Shown here: piece after piece, positions 8,955 through 17,764 of the stretch
Position numbering within the stretch: position 1 is the stretch's first letter
Layout: the number at the start of each line of letters is the position of its first letter
DNA from: Escherichia phage ECML-183-2
Sequence record: OL631481.1
Length of the DNA stretch: 64,000 nucleotides
Strand: one strand, 5' to 3'
Notes under the pieces: generated by a model
Told to the model about the DNA's origin: nothing
Seen by the model: the letters and a program-made list of their open reading frames with translations, nothing else
Databases searched by the model: none
Translations under genes and position numbers: made by a program

Positions 8955-9694
8955 TCATACACAGAGAAATTACTGTTAAAAGCGATCAAGATCTTTTTAT
9001 AATTGGAGATCTACACGGTTGTTATAATTTGTATGAAAAAGGAAAGGCAAAGTTAGGTATCCGAGATACAGATGTGGTTGTATCTCTAGGAGATCTTACT
9101 GACCGTGGAAAGCAAAACTTTCGTTGTGTTTTAGAATTTACTCGTAAACACAATCGCTACGCTATTCGTGGCAATCATGAAGACATGATGATTAAAGGTA
9201 TGCTGGAAGGAGATCGTAGCTACTACGAGTGTTGGTATCAAAATGGAGGATATACGGTCTTTGAAGAATGTGGTGAAGAAGGAGCTACAGCCTTAGCAAT
9301 GATGACAGAAGATTTACCTGTTGTTCTCATTGTTAACTACAGAGGCATGAAACTTGCGTTTATTCATGGTGGGTATCCATCTTCTTTGGAATATCTCCCT
9401 GTAACAGATATTCCAGAATACATTTCGAAGATGACAAAAACACAGGAAAACCGTTTTGCTGAAGCACTTATGTGGGACAGAGATATGGTAGACTGTGCTA
9501 AAGAGGGAATGAAACTTCCTGTTGTGATGGGTGTGGATTATGTGTTTCATGGACACTCTTATGTAAAAACACCTATTATCAATGCGAATCGTGTTTATAT
9601 GGATACTGGATCTGTGTTCAATAATAACTTAACATTTGCTTATTTCGATATGGACGGTGGTCTTCAATTTTATTCAACTCTTGAGGAGGATTAA
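8951..9694 (+). CDS. Ser/Thr protein phosphatase (lambda-PPase-like metallophosphoesterase)
   Basis: GDLHGC, GDLTDRG, GNHE metal-binding motifs; GTG start with GAGGAGG RBS. Confidence 0.8.
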   Translation: MIIHREITVKSDQDLFIIGDLHGCYNLYEKGKAKLGIRDTDVVVSLGDLTDRGKQNFRCVLEFTRKHNRYAIRGNHEDMMIKGMLEGDRSYYECWYQNGGYTVFEECGEEGATALAMMTEDLPVVLIVNYRGMKLAFIHGGYPSSLEYLPVTDIPEYISKMTKTQENRFAEALMWDRDMVDCAKEGMKLPVVMGVDYVFHGHSYVKTPIINANRVYMDTGSVFNNNLTFAYFDMDGGLQFYSTLEED

Positions 9695-10002
9695 TGTATA
9701 AGATTACAATTATTCAAAGTGTAGGTAATATCCGTAAAGAAGTTATCTTAGAAACAGAAGATGTTAATCTTGTTCGTGAGATTGTTTTTAAGGAAGATAA
9801 CCTGCAAACTGTAGAATCGGATGCACCGAATCTTATGGTGGATCAAGAATATTCTGAACTTCGTCGTATTTTTGAAGAGATTCAGAAGAAAGAAACACAA
9901 CCTACCATAAAACCTTTTGGTCCTTATGATCCGAGCAATCCTAGCAGTCCTTGGATCATGAGAAATACGGAACCCTATACACCTTTTGAAATTACTTGTT
10001 GA
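9694..10002 (+). CDS. hypothetical protein (102 aa)
   Basis: ORF track; RBS GAGGAGG. Confidence 0.5.
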   Translation: MYKITIIQSVGNIRKEVILETEDVNLVREIVFKEDNLQTVESDAPNLMVDQEYSELRRIFEEIQKKETQPTIKPFGPYDPSNPSSPWIMRNTEPYTPFEITC

Positions 10003-10009
10003 GGTGATT

Positions 10010-10591
10010 ATGGCAGAACTGTTCTATACGGGAGTTGGAAGTAGAGACATATCTGAAGAAGAGTGGGCTTTGATGGTAGGCATAGGGAAATGGCTTTCAA
10101 ACCTTGGGTTTAAATTAAGGTCTGGGAAGGCAGAGGGTAGTGATTCTGCTTTTGAAACAGGTGTCCAAGAGTCTGAAAATCCTACTAACAAGGAGATTTA
10201 TGTTCCTTGGGAAAATTTCAAAGGTAATCAGATTCCAGGTGATGTTATTGTTCTTGCAAAACCAGATACAATGAACTATGCTATCTCTGTGCAATGGATC
10301 AAAGATGTTCACCCAGCTTATGAAAAGCTTAAGCAGGGTGCTAGAAAATTGCACCAACGTAATGTGCATCAAGTGTTAGGCAGAGATTTGGAGAATCCTG
10401 CTCCATCATGTTTCTTGTTGGCTTGTGCTAATACTGATAAACATGGAGATGCAAAAGGTGGAACAGCTACGGCTTGGAAGATAGCTAAAGCCAATAATGT
10501 TCCTTGTTTAAACATTCGTGGGAAAACAAAACAAGAGATTTACGATTTTCTACGACCTTTGGTAATGAGGGCAATAACAAGTGATTCCTAG
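10010..10591 (+). CDS. DprA/Smf-like Rossmann-fold (SLOG-type) protein
   Basis: GVGSRD ... LRSGKAEGSDSAFETG resembles DprA core; start moved to ATG after GAGG. Confidence 0.4.
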   Translation: MAELFYTGVGSRDISEEEWALMVGIGKWLSNLGFKLRSGKAEGSDSAFETGVQESENPTNKEIYVPWENFKGNQIPGDVIVLAKPDTMNYAISVQWIKDVHPAYEKLKQGARKLHQRNVHQVLGRDLENPAPSCFLLACANTDKHGDAKGGTATAWKIAKANNVPCLNIRGKTKQEIYDFLRPLVMRAITSDS

Positions 10592-11093
10592 ACGTAAACG
10601 TGGTGAACAAAGAACAAACTTGGCAGAAATCTTAGATTACAACATGGTTAATGATGTGACAAAAGAAATTCTCCCTGTTGTAGAAGATATTCTTCGTAGA
10701 GGGTTACGATTCTGCTCTGATCGGGTGCATTTCATGTGGACACATAAAAGTGACTCCGCTTTGAATTTCTATCCTTTGGACTATACTCTGAACAATACGG
10801 AGATGAAAGATATCAACAAATACTTAATGGGATATAAAGATATAACAGAAACTGTTCTTGGAGAATTGGCAGAAATCTTGGCTAACGATATCCTTAGAAA
10901 TATTAATAAGGCTCTTGACAGAAGCCCAGCAGGAGTAGTAGTATCTTTTGCTGTGCCAGATATGGTTAAATATGAGTCTACAATACCTAATAAAGCTTAT
11001 GCCTTTCTTCGGAGAGACGTTCGTGGAAATGTGTTGGAGATGGAGTCAAACTACAAGATTGAGGAGGTTTTATGGCAGAGTTCGGATCAGTAA
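10581..11093 (+). CDS. hypothetical protein (170 aa)
   Basis: ORF track; GTG start. Confidence 0.45.
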   Translation: MIPRRKRGEQRTNLAEILDYNMVNDVTKEILPVVEDILRRGLRFCSDRVHFMWTHKSDSALNFYPLDYTLNNTEMKDINKYLMGYKDITETVLGELAEILANDILRNINKALDRSPAGVVVSFAVPDMVKYESTIPNKAYAFLRRDVRGNVLEMESNYKIEEVLWQSSDQ

Positions 11094-11362
11094 CAAGTTT
11101 TGAAAGTAACTTCGTTACCGCTTGGGAAGCTTGGGATGAAATGGGTGTTGGGGAACTTTATTTTTACAATGTAACACTACGTCCAGAGTATGCTTACCTG
11201 GTACCAGAAGGAACAGTTCAAATTGGCATGTATTTGTCTTCTCAAGACGGTGTTGTTCAATTTGAGTTTTATTCTAACACAACGGACAACGAATTTACAT
11301 ACCGCGCATTTCATGTCAACATGTCTTTAGGAGAGGAGAAATTTTATGACGACCAAGTTTAA
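11072..11362 (+). CDS. hypothetical protein (96 aa)
   Basis: ORF track; RBS GAGGAGG. Confidence 0.45.
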   Translation: MAEFGSVTSFESNFVTAWEAWDEMGVGELYFYNVTLRPEYAYLVPEGTVQIGMYLSSQDGVVQFEFYSNTTDNEFTYRAFHVNMSLGEEKFYDDQV

Positions 11363-11543
11363 AACAGTAGAAGAAGCCGTAAAAGCAGCTTATGAGGCTT
11401 TAGCGGAAGCAGAGCAGTTAGCAGATGAGACTGGTAAAGGTTTCCGTTTCTCCCCTGAATATGGGATGGGTGGTTATTATGATCCAGAAGACGAAAATGA
11501 GAACACTGGAACAAATTGGCATCCATCTTCTTTAAGTTGTTAA
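11346..11543 (+). CDS. small acidic protein with C-terminal W-H-P-S-S-L-S-C tail (paralog 1 of 3)
   Basis: 65 aa; helical N-terminus; ends NWHPSSLSC. Confidence 0.5.
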   Translation: MTTKFKTVEEAVKAAYEALAEAEQLADETGKGFRFSPEYGMGGYYDPEDENENTGTNWHPSSLSC

Positions 11544-11554
11544 TAGGAGGTAAA

Positions 11555-11824
11555 GTGGGAATCGAAGATATCAAAGGTTATAAACCGCATACCGATGACA
11601 AAATTGGTAAAGTGAATGCTATTAAAGATGCTGAAGTTCGATTAGGATTAATCTTTGATGCTCTAATGTCTGAATTGTGGGCTGAACTGGACGATTGTGA
11701 AGATTTGGAAGAGTCTACCAATATATCCACCCGCCTTGACCAAATTTCAATAGCAAAGACTAAGTTGAAAGAAGCTTCTATGTGGGCCTGTCGTTCCGTT
11801 TTCCAACCAGAGGAGAAATACTAA
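11555..11824 (+). CDS. hypothetical protein (about 89 aa, GTG start)
   Basis: Track ORF trimmed to GTG preceded by TAGGAGGT RBS. Confidence 0.4.
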   Translation: MGIEDIKGYKPHTDDKIGKVNAIKDAEVRLGLIFDALMSELWAELDDCEDLEESTNISTRLDQISIAKTKLKEASMWACRSVFQPEEKY

Positions 11825-12042
11825 TGAGTTATCGTAATGTTGAAGAATTAACTGAAAAAGCCCAAGCTATTATGGCTTTAGTGGACGAACTTACAAAAGA
11901 AGCTGAAGATGCTGGTTTTGGTCTTAGTTTGGAAGATGACGCAATCTGTTTTGAAGATTGGCAATCCTCTTCTTGTTATGGTGAAGGTGATGATGGTTTC
12001 GTCGTTAATTCTCAAGGCGTTTGGCACAGTAGTAGCTGTTAA
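11824..12042 (+). CDS. small acidic protein with C-terminal W-H-S-S-S-C tail (paralog 2 of 3)
   Basis: 72 aa; ATG overlaps upstream TAA; internal WQSSSC and terminal GVWHSSSC. Confidence 0.5.
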   Translation: MSYRNVEELTEKAQAIMALVDELTKEAEDAGFGLSLEDDAICFEDWQSSSCYGEGDDGFVVNSQGVWHSSSC

Positions 12043-12051
12043 GGAGAGATT

Positions 12052-12324
12052 GTGGAGTCTGAAGGCGAACTGCTGATAAAAAAGAAAGTTAAAGAGATGG
12101 AACAAGCACAAAGAAAGTTTCGTAAGGAAATTGAAGAACTTTGTGAACAGTTTCAGGAACAAGCTTGGATAGGTGACTACGGTAACGGAGAAACTTATTA
12201 CCCTACAGGAACACCAGCCGCAGATCACTATATTGATTTCATTTGTGAAGATTATGGTGTAGAGTTGGATGAAAATGGTTTAACCACAAGAGGTGTTTGG
12301 ATCTCTTCTTCCTCAATGTGTTAG
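12052..12324 (+). CDS. small acidic protein with C-terminal W-I-S-S-S-S-M-C tail (paralog 3 of 3)
   Basis: 90 aa; GTG start after AAGGAGAG; ends GVWISSSSMC. Confidence 0.5.
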   Translation: MESEGELLIKKKVKEMEQAQRKFRKEIEELCEQFQEQAWIGDYGNGETYYPTGTPAADHYIDFICEDYGVELDENGLTTRGVWISSSSMC

Positions 12325-12333
12325 TAAATAATA

Positions 12334-12355
12334 ACCCGCTTCGGCGGGTTTTTTA
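12334..12355 (+). terminator. rho-independent terminator
   Basis: ACCCGC-TTCG-GCGGGT hairpin followed by TTTTTT. Confidence 0.75.
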
Positions 12356-12384
12356 TTGACAGGAATCTGGAAGCTTGATAAACT
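12356..12384 (+). promoter_or_regulatory. sigma70-type promoter
   Basis: TTGACA - 17 bp - TAAACT directly after the terminator, 30 bp upstream of next gene. Confidence 0.5.
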
Positions 12385-12414
12385 TAACCTATCAACCAAT
12401 AGAGGAGAAATATT

Positions 12415-13356
12415 ATGGTGTTAATTGGTAGCCGTGCATTACAAATTCATGCTATGGACATGGGAAAAGACTTGTATCGCCCTTGTGTAGATTTAGATTA
12501 CCTGTGTACAGAACAAGAGTGGGAAGAATTATCAAAAATGTTCTCTCAAGATGAGTTTGTTGAACTTGTAGAACGTAAAGGGAACAAGGGCCATGTCAAA
12601 ATGATAGCTGGTGCACATTTGGAATACGATATTGCTTCTCAAGGAGATAGCACAGAAGCTTTGATTAGTTATTGTGAAGATTCTGATGATGTTCGTCGAA
12701 CTTACGCTGGACACGTTGTTGCTCCTTTAGATGTGCTCTACCTTCTTAAAATGAGTCATCGTTTTAAAAAGGATAGTCCTCACTTCTTTAAAACTATGAA
12801 AGATATTCATTTCATGCGATCACTAGGCGCAAAGATCCCAGAAAATCTTAAGAGTGTTTACGAGTTGCGTGAGAAAGAAACATACACTTACTCTCATCCA
12901 AACTTAAACGTGAGAAGTAAAGATTTCTTTAAAGGTGATGAGGTTCCGTATGTTTATGATCATGATTCTATCCATGAAGCAATCGCGGTAATGGATGCTC
13001 CGGCATATAAATCTTATATGAAAGATGGAAGTGAAGTTATGACCAGCAAAGAAAAGTTTTTTGCTCAACCAAAACATGTGCGCCTGTTAGGTGTTTATGA
13101 AGAAGCGTGTGTTTTGGCTTTGGAACGTTCACAAATTCCTTTCGGTGGAGAGATCGGAGGTCCAACCCCTAAGCAAAGTTTTATAATGGCTTTATCTAAA
13201 GTCTGCACATCCATCACTAGTGGTTGGTTTAGGGAATATGCTTGGGAAAACTTTTATGTTGTTATTAAGCTATATGAAAACATGGGCGAAAACGACTATG
13301 TTGAACGTTTTAAAGCTAATCAACATGTAGTAAAGCCTTTTGAAGGAGGTTATTAA
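12415..13356 (+). CDS. hypothetical protein (313 aa), possible nucleotidyltransferase-like N-terminus
   Basis: N-terminal GS ... DLD segment loosely resembles pol-beta-type NTase motif but spacing atypical. Confidence 0.5.
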   Translation: MVLIGSRALQIHAMDMGKDLYRPCVDLDYLCTEQEWEELSKMFSQDEFVELVERKGNKGHVKMIAGAHLEYDIASQGDSTEALISYCEDSDDVRRTYAGHVVAPLDVLYLLKMSHRFKKDSPHFFKTMKDIHFMRSLGAKIPENLKSVYELREKETYTYSHPNLNVRSKDFFKGDEVPYVYDHDSIHEAIAVMDAPAYKSYMKDGSEVMTSKEKFFAQPKHVRLLGVYEEACVLALERSQIPFGGEIGGPTPKQSFIMALSKVCTSITSGWFREYAWENFYVVIKLYENMGENDYVERFKANQHVVKPFEGGY

Positions 13357-13357
13357 T

Positions 13358-13753
13358 ATGTGTGGATATCTTTCAGAAAGTTATTTCAAAGTGACGCATG
13401 AGGATTTAGAAAAAGCACGATTGAAACTGACAGCTATTATTGAATACTCTAATACTGTTGATCACAGATTAAAGACTACTAAAGTATCTGTTCCTTGTTG
13501 GTTAGGTTTACGGCATAAAATAATGTCTCAACATGACCATGTTGTTCGAGAGATGCATGGTTGGTGTTGGTTTCACGATGTGGCTCTGCATTTTGGTTAT
13601 ATTACAGAAGAAGAGCATAGATTCTGTGAACTAACATATCGTATTCCAACCCTTCACGATTTAGATTTGTGGAAGAAAGCAAACGAGATTTTTCTTACAG
13701 AAAGTGATTGGCGTAAAGTTATGGCTTGTCTTGAATGGAGGGGTAATGAGTAA
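13358..13753 (+). CDS. hypothetical protein (131 aa)
   Basis: Track ORF trimmed to ATG with GGAGG RBS. Confidence 0.45.
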   Translation: MCGYLSESYFKVTHEDLEKARLKLTAIIEYSNTVDHRLKTTKVSVPCWLGLRHKIMSQHDHVVREMHGWCWFHDVALHFGYITEEEHRFCELTYRIPTLHDLDLWKKANEIFLTESDWRKVMACLEWRGNE

Positions 13754-14429
13754 AACAGTTTTGTCTATGTTTGACGGATCTGGGATCATGGTGTTACGTT
13801 ATGCCGAAGCAGGTCACAAGTGTTTTTGTGTAAACGCTGATGAAGGGGATCACGGTAAATACGAGGTTAGGATGGAGCACCCAAACATAACCTATGTGAA
13901 TGCCTGGATAGATTCTACATTCAACCCTGAAGATCATGGGATACCTAAACCCGATATTATTTTTGGATTTCCACCTTGCACTATGTTAGCAGGTAGTGGT
14001 AGCAAACACGAACGCAGCACAGAGGAATTGGATGAAGCTTTAGCTAATATTCGTGTAGTGGAAGCTTTGGGTAACAAATATAATGTTCCTTGGATGATTG
14101 AGAACCCAGTAGGTAAACTTTCAACCTTATGGCGTAAACCCGATTTTTACTTTGATCCTTATGAGTATGGTGGGTATTTGTTTGAAGAGGAAGGAAGCTT
14201 TCATCCTAAAATGCCTACCCGTGATGGGTATACAAAGAAAACTTGTATTTGGCACGGCAATGGTTTTGTTCAACCAGTGAAGAAACCAGTAGATCATATA
14301 GGCTGCTTCTGGGGTTGGAAAAGCTTAGGCGGAGCTAGTGCAAAAACAAAACAACTTAGATCCCTAACCGCACGTGGTTTTGCTCGTGCCGTGTTTTTGT
14401 CTAACAATCTTCTAGATAAGGAGAAATAA
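13746..14429 (+). CDS. cytosine-C5 DNA methyltransferase-like protein (atypically short)
   Basis: Motif I-like FDGSG, motif IV-like FPPCT, motif VI-like ENPVG; only ~227 aa, no obvious target-recognition domain. Confidence 0.5.
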   Translation: MSKTVLSMFDGSGIMVLRYAEAGHKCFCVNADEGDHGKYEVRMEHPNITYVNAWIDSTFNPEDHGIPKPDIIFGFPPCTMLAGSGSKHERSTEELDEALANIRVVEALGNKYNVPWMIENPVGKLSTLWRKPDFYFDPYEYGGYLFEEEGSFHPKMPTRDGYTKKTCIWHGNGFVQPVKKPVDHIGCFWGWKSLGGASAKTKQLRSLTARGFARAVFLSNNLLDKEK

Positions 14430-15046
14430 TGTCAAATTCAAAACCAGTAGTTGCTTATCAAGTAGATCGTAATGATGGTGAAGGTAGTGTTGTAGTTTTT
14501 GATACACATGGTCTTGCAGCAAGACGCAAAGGTGCTTGTCTACTGGACATTGGTGGTGAAGATGAATACTGCACTGTACGTAGAGTAAAAGAATTTGATC
14601 AATATGCTGAAAAAGGTTTTGTACCCGTGAAAGCACTATTAGAAGCTGGATGGTGGATACCTAGTGCACATGATTATGATATTTTGGAAGATACAGATGA
14701 ATTCAACAGTGAAGATTTTGTTTTTTCTCTGGATGAAAAATGCGTTTGGAAGGACTGGGATGAAATGGAACGCCATGCTTATTTTATAAACGAAGCATTA
14801 GATCGTAAAACTTGGTTTGAGAATACAGTTAAAGCAGCGTATCCTCAATTTACTTTTACACAGTTTTGGGGTGGCCCACATCATATTACTCATACAGCAT
14901 ATTTCGAGTTCCCAGGCTCACGTTATAAAGGTACTGTTTATTGGGATTGGGACGAGGACAAAGAACCTTCTGCTCAAGACTTCCGTTGCTATGTTTGTCA
15001 AGGTGATCAAGAAGCCCTTGACAAATACCTACAAAGTCTGGTATAG
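14429..15046 (+). CDS. hypothetical protein (205 aa)
   Basis: ORF track; RBS AAGGAG. Confidence 0.5.
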   Translation: MSNSKPVVAYQVDRNDGEGSVVVFDTHGLAARRKGACLLDIGGEDEYCTVRRVKEFDQYAEKGFVPVKALLEAGWWIPSAHDYDILEDTDEFNSEDFVFSLDEKCVWKDWDEMERHAYFINEALDRKTWFENTVKAAYPQFTFTQFWGGPHHITHTAYFEFPGSRYKGTVYWDWDEDKEPSAQDFRCYVCQGDQEALDKYLQSLV

Positions 15047-15063
15047 TGCCAACATCTGAACAA

Positions 15064-15092
15064 AGCCTCCTGTTTCAGGGGGCTTTTCTTTT
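15064..15092 (+). terminator. probable rho-independent terminator
   Basis: AGCCTCC-loop-GGGGGCT imperfect hairpin followed by TTTCTTTT. Confidence 0.5.
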
Positions 15093-15104
15093 ATAGGAGG
15101 GAAT

Positions 15105-15584
15105 ATGTTTCAAGTAAATGTCAATGTGCATAATAGTTACTCTGATTGTGAAACGTGTGGCTATAATTCATCTAATGTTGTTCGTATTAGTGGCGATTTA
15201 GGAGAAGCTTCTTTTGGAGAAGAAGCAAGTTGCTTTAGTGGTATGGATGCAGAATGGAATGATATTGCACATTGGTTGGTGAGCAAACTAAAAGAAAAAG
15301 AGAAACCATTTCCTACTCTGCTTGATCGTTCTCTTGTGGAAGACGCAGGTAAAGCATATGCAGACTATGCGTATGCAGACGGTAAATATTTGGAAGATGA
15401 TAAGGCTAACCATTTGCTTTATGTTTACTATGAAGCTGAATCTGCCTACGATAATTATTACAGCATGTCTAACATCCTACGTCTGTTTGCAGAGTTTGAT
15501 ATTTATTTCGAAGTAGAATTTTCAGAAGATGATGTTTATGAATATGATTCTTATGATCCATTTGAGGAGGAAGAGGGTGAATGA
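15105..15584 (+). CDS. hypothetical acidic protein (159 aa)
   Basis: ORF track; RBS AGGAGGG; highly acidic C-terminus. Confidence 0.5.
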   Translation: MFQVNVNVHNSYSDCETCGYNSSNVVRISGDLGEASFGEEASCFSGMDAEWNDIAHWLVSKLKEKEKPFPTLLDRSLVEDAGKAYADYAYADGKYLEDDKANHLLYVYYEAESAYDNYYSMSNILRLFAEFDIYFEVEFSEDDVYEYDSYDPFEEEEGE

Positions 15585-16168
15585 TAGAACGAAAACCCTT
15601 ACCAGATAGAGACTACTTGTTATCAAGGTTTAGTGTGGAGAATGGTCGTCTTGTTTGGAAACCTAAACCTTCTACAACAAAAGAGAACAAAAGATGGAAT
15701 AGCAGATACGCAGGGAAGATTGCAGGGACTATTGATAAAGCTGGTTACTCTCATGTCAAAATAGACGGTATTGTATACTTGGAGCACAGAGTTTGTTTTA
15801 AAATGTACCATAATTACTGTCCAGATGTTATAGATCATGATGACGGCAATAAGCTTAATAATGCGGAAAGTAATTTATTGGATAGTAACTATTTATTAAA
15901 TAATAACAATAGACATGTGGATGGGTTAGAAGGTATTTATGAAAAGGATGGTGTTTTTCTTTGGGTTATAAACTACAACCAAGAAACTTTCTCTGTTTCA
16001 GGTTTCAAAACTAAAGAGGAAGCTACTGTAGCTAGAGCTTTAGCAAAACAAGAAATTTTGAAAGGATCTTATATCAAAAAAGAAAAGAAGCGTATAGATA
16101 ACACTTCAGGATTAAGTTGTGTGTTTGTGGCAACAAGAGAGAACATTCTTTTTCAAGTTTGTGTTTGA
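15581..16168 (+). CDS. HNH homing-endonuclease-like protein with AP2-type DNA-binding domain (possibly frameshifted)
   Basis: HNH_3-like YLEHRV...IDHDDGNKLNN; AP2-like VSGFKTKEEATVARALA; C-terminus appears to continue in +1 frame after T5 run at 16149-16153. Confidence 0.65.
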   Translation: MIERKPLPDRDYLLSRFSVENGRLVWKPKPSTTKENKRWNSRYAGKIAGTIDKAGYSHVKIDGIVYLEHRVCFKMYHNYCPDVIDHDDGNKLNNAESNLLDSNYLLNNNNRHVDGLEGIYEKDGVFLWVINYNQETFSVSGFKTKEEATVARALAKQEILKGSYIKKEKKRIDNTSGLSCVFVATRENILFQVCV

Positions 16169-16308
16169 CAAGACCACGTATTGCAAATATGGTTTCAACG
16201 ATCCAGAGAGATGTGCTATAGCTCTGGAGAAGCTAAGGTTGAAGGTGATGAAAGAAAAATATAAACCTGCAAATAAAAGCATTTGCGAAAAACATAAGGA
16301 GGAGATTT

Positions 16309-17124
16309 ATGCCGCGTAGAGTCATATTCATAACTGGCGCAGGACTATCTGTGGATAGCGGTATCCCAGCTTTTAGAACAGATACTTCTTCAGGGGAGGC
16401 GTTATGGTCTTCTTATAATCTTTCTGAAGTCTGTGACATTTTCAACTTCCGTGACGGTTATCAGCAAGAACAAGGTATTCTGGATGCTATGGGCGGTTTA
16501 GATGCGGAAGGATATAACCTCTACCGTAAAACTCACGACTTTTACAATAAACGTCGCGCGGAATTAGAGAAAGTTGACCCGAATCCGGCACATCTTCAGA
16601 TTGGGGAATGGTTCAAAAAACATGGTGCAGAAAAGATTATTAACATCACTACTAACGTTGATGACCTCCTTGAACGAGCAGGAGTAGATAGGGAAGAAGT
16701 GCTACATGTGCATGGTTTTCTTCCTGAAATTACTTTTCAAAGAAAAGCTGGACAACCTACAATTGTAAAAGATGTTGGTTATCAAGCCATAGATGTAGAT
16801 GACTACCATTATGTAAAACCTAATGTAATCTTCTTTGGGGAAGCTGCTCCACTTTACACAGATATGTATCATATTTTTGATACACTGACGGCTCAAGATA
16901 TGGTTATCGTTGTAGGCTGCTCTAACCAAGTAATCAACTTCAACTGGGAACTCTTCCCTGCCCTGAATATTGGGGTTAAGATGGTTGTAGTTAACCCAGG
17001 TTTGAATTTTGTAGAACAAACTCTCTACGAAGAACGTGGAGTGCTTGTCTACCGAGAGAAAGCAGGAACAGTCTTCAGTGATGAAGGCTTTATCAAAATG
17101 GTTGAAGACCATTTAAACAAATAA
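16309..17124 (+). CDS. Sir2-family (sirtuin-like) NAD+-dependent protein, no zinc-ribbon
   Basis: GAGLSVDSGIPAFR, TTNVDDLLERAG, HG, VIFFGE, VVGCS motifs; the CxxC..CxxC Zn module is absent. Confidence 0.8.
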   Translation: MPRRVIFITGAGLSVDSGIPAFRTDTSSGEALWSSYNLSEVCDIFNFRDGYQQEQGILDAMGGLDAEGYNLYRKTHDFYNKRRAELEKVDPNPAHLQIGEWFKKHGAEKIINITTNVDDLLERAGVDREEVLHVHGFLPEITFQRKAGQPTIVKDVGYQAIDVDDYHYVKPNVIFFGEAAPLYTDMYHIFDTLTAQDMVIVVGCSNQVINFNWELFPALNIGVKMVVVNPGLNFVEQTLYEERGVLVYREKAGTVFSDEGFIKMVEDHLNK

Positions 17125-17133
17125 ACCACTCAA

Positions 17134-17153
17134 GGGGCTTCGGCCCCTTTCTT
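17134..17153 (+). terminator. rho-independent terminator
   Basis: GGGGC-TTCG-GCCCC hairpin followed by TTTCTTATT. Confidence 0.7.
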
Positions 17154-17167
17154 ATTAGGAGAATAAA

Positions 17168-17440
17168 ATGACTGAAGAAATCCGTGATTACTACCTTGCA
17201 CATTACGTTTACTACTTTGCCAATGCTACACAAAAAGGGGAAGGTAATCTTTACTTGGCAACAGGACATGGAACAGGCGTTAGGAAATCCAATATTGATA
17301 ATGCCTTGGCTCAAGTGGCTGCGGGGCTAGAAGATAAACTTCAAACACCTGTAGTTGTAGTGATGCAAAATATAAGTTACCTAGCAAGTTGTACTGAAAC
17401 CGAATTTAACGCGTCTGAGACGCAATCTAACGAAGAATAA
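17168..17440 (+). CDS. hypothetical protein (90 aa)
   Basis: ORF track; RBS AGGAG. Confidence 0.5.
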   Translation: MTEEIRDYYLAHYVYYFANATQKGEGNLYLATGHGTGVRKSNIDNALAQVAAGLEDKLQTPVVVVMQNISYLASCTETEFNASETQSNEE

Positions 17441-17445
17441 AACAA

Positions 17446-17470
17446 AGGCACCCAAGTGGGTGCCTTTTCT
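17446..17470. terminator. bidirectional rho-independent terminator at the plus/minus block boundary
   Basis: AGGCACCC-loop-GGGTGCCT hairpin with T-runs on both strands. Confidence 0.7.
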
Positions 17471-17509
17471 ATTTTAGAGCGTCTCTGTTCGATTTAGGTG
17501 GGTTCTAGC

Positions 17510-17740
17510 TTACTTGTGTAGTGCTCTCTCGTATAACTCAATAATTAATTCATCTTCTACTGTAATACGCGCCATTTGATCCGTCTTAAGGATTGTTGGT
17601 TGGTAGTGGTGCATTTCACTATTGATACTACAATCCCATTCGTCATAACCTAAATACTCTCCTACATGGACCTTAACCATAAAGGGAAACGGGTTATCTA
17701 CCAAAAATGCCATACAACCTTCTTCGATTTTATTTAACAC
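17510..17740 (-). CDS. hypothetical protein (76 aa)
   Basis: ORF track; last gene of minus-strand block. Confidence 0.45.
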   Translation of the reverse strand: MLNKIEEGCMAFLVDNPFPFMVKVHVGEYLGYDEWDCSINSEMHHYQPTILKTDQMARITVEDELIIELYERALHK

Positions 17741-17764
17741 ACGACCTCCTATTGCTACAGATAT

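Noticed and set aside
16119-16319. Independent 66-aa gene
   Set aside because: GTG start without RBS inside the HNH gene; better explained as the frameshifted C-terminus of the HNH-AP2 endonuclease.
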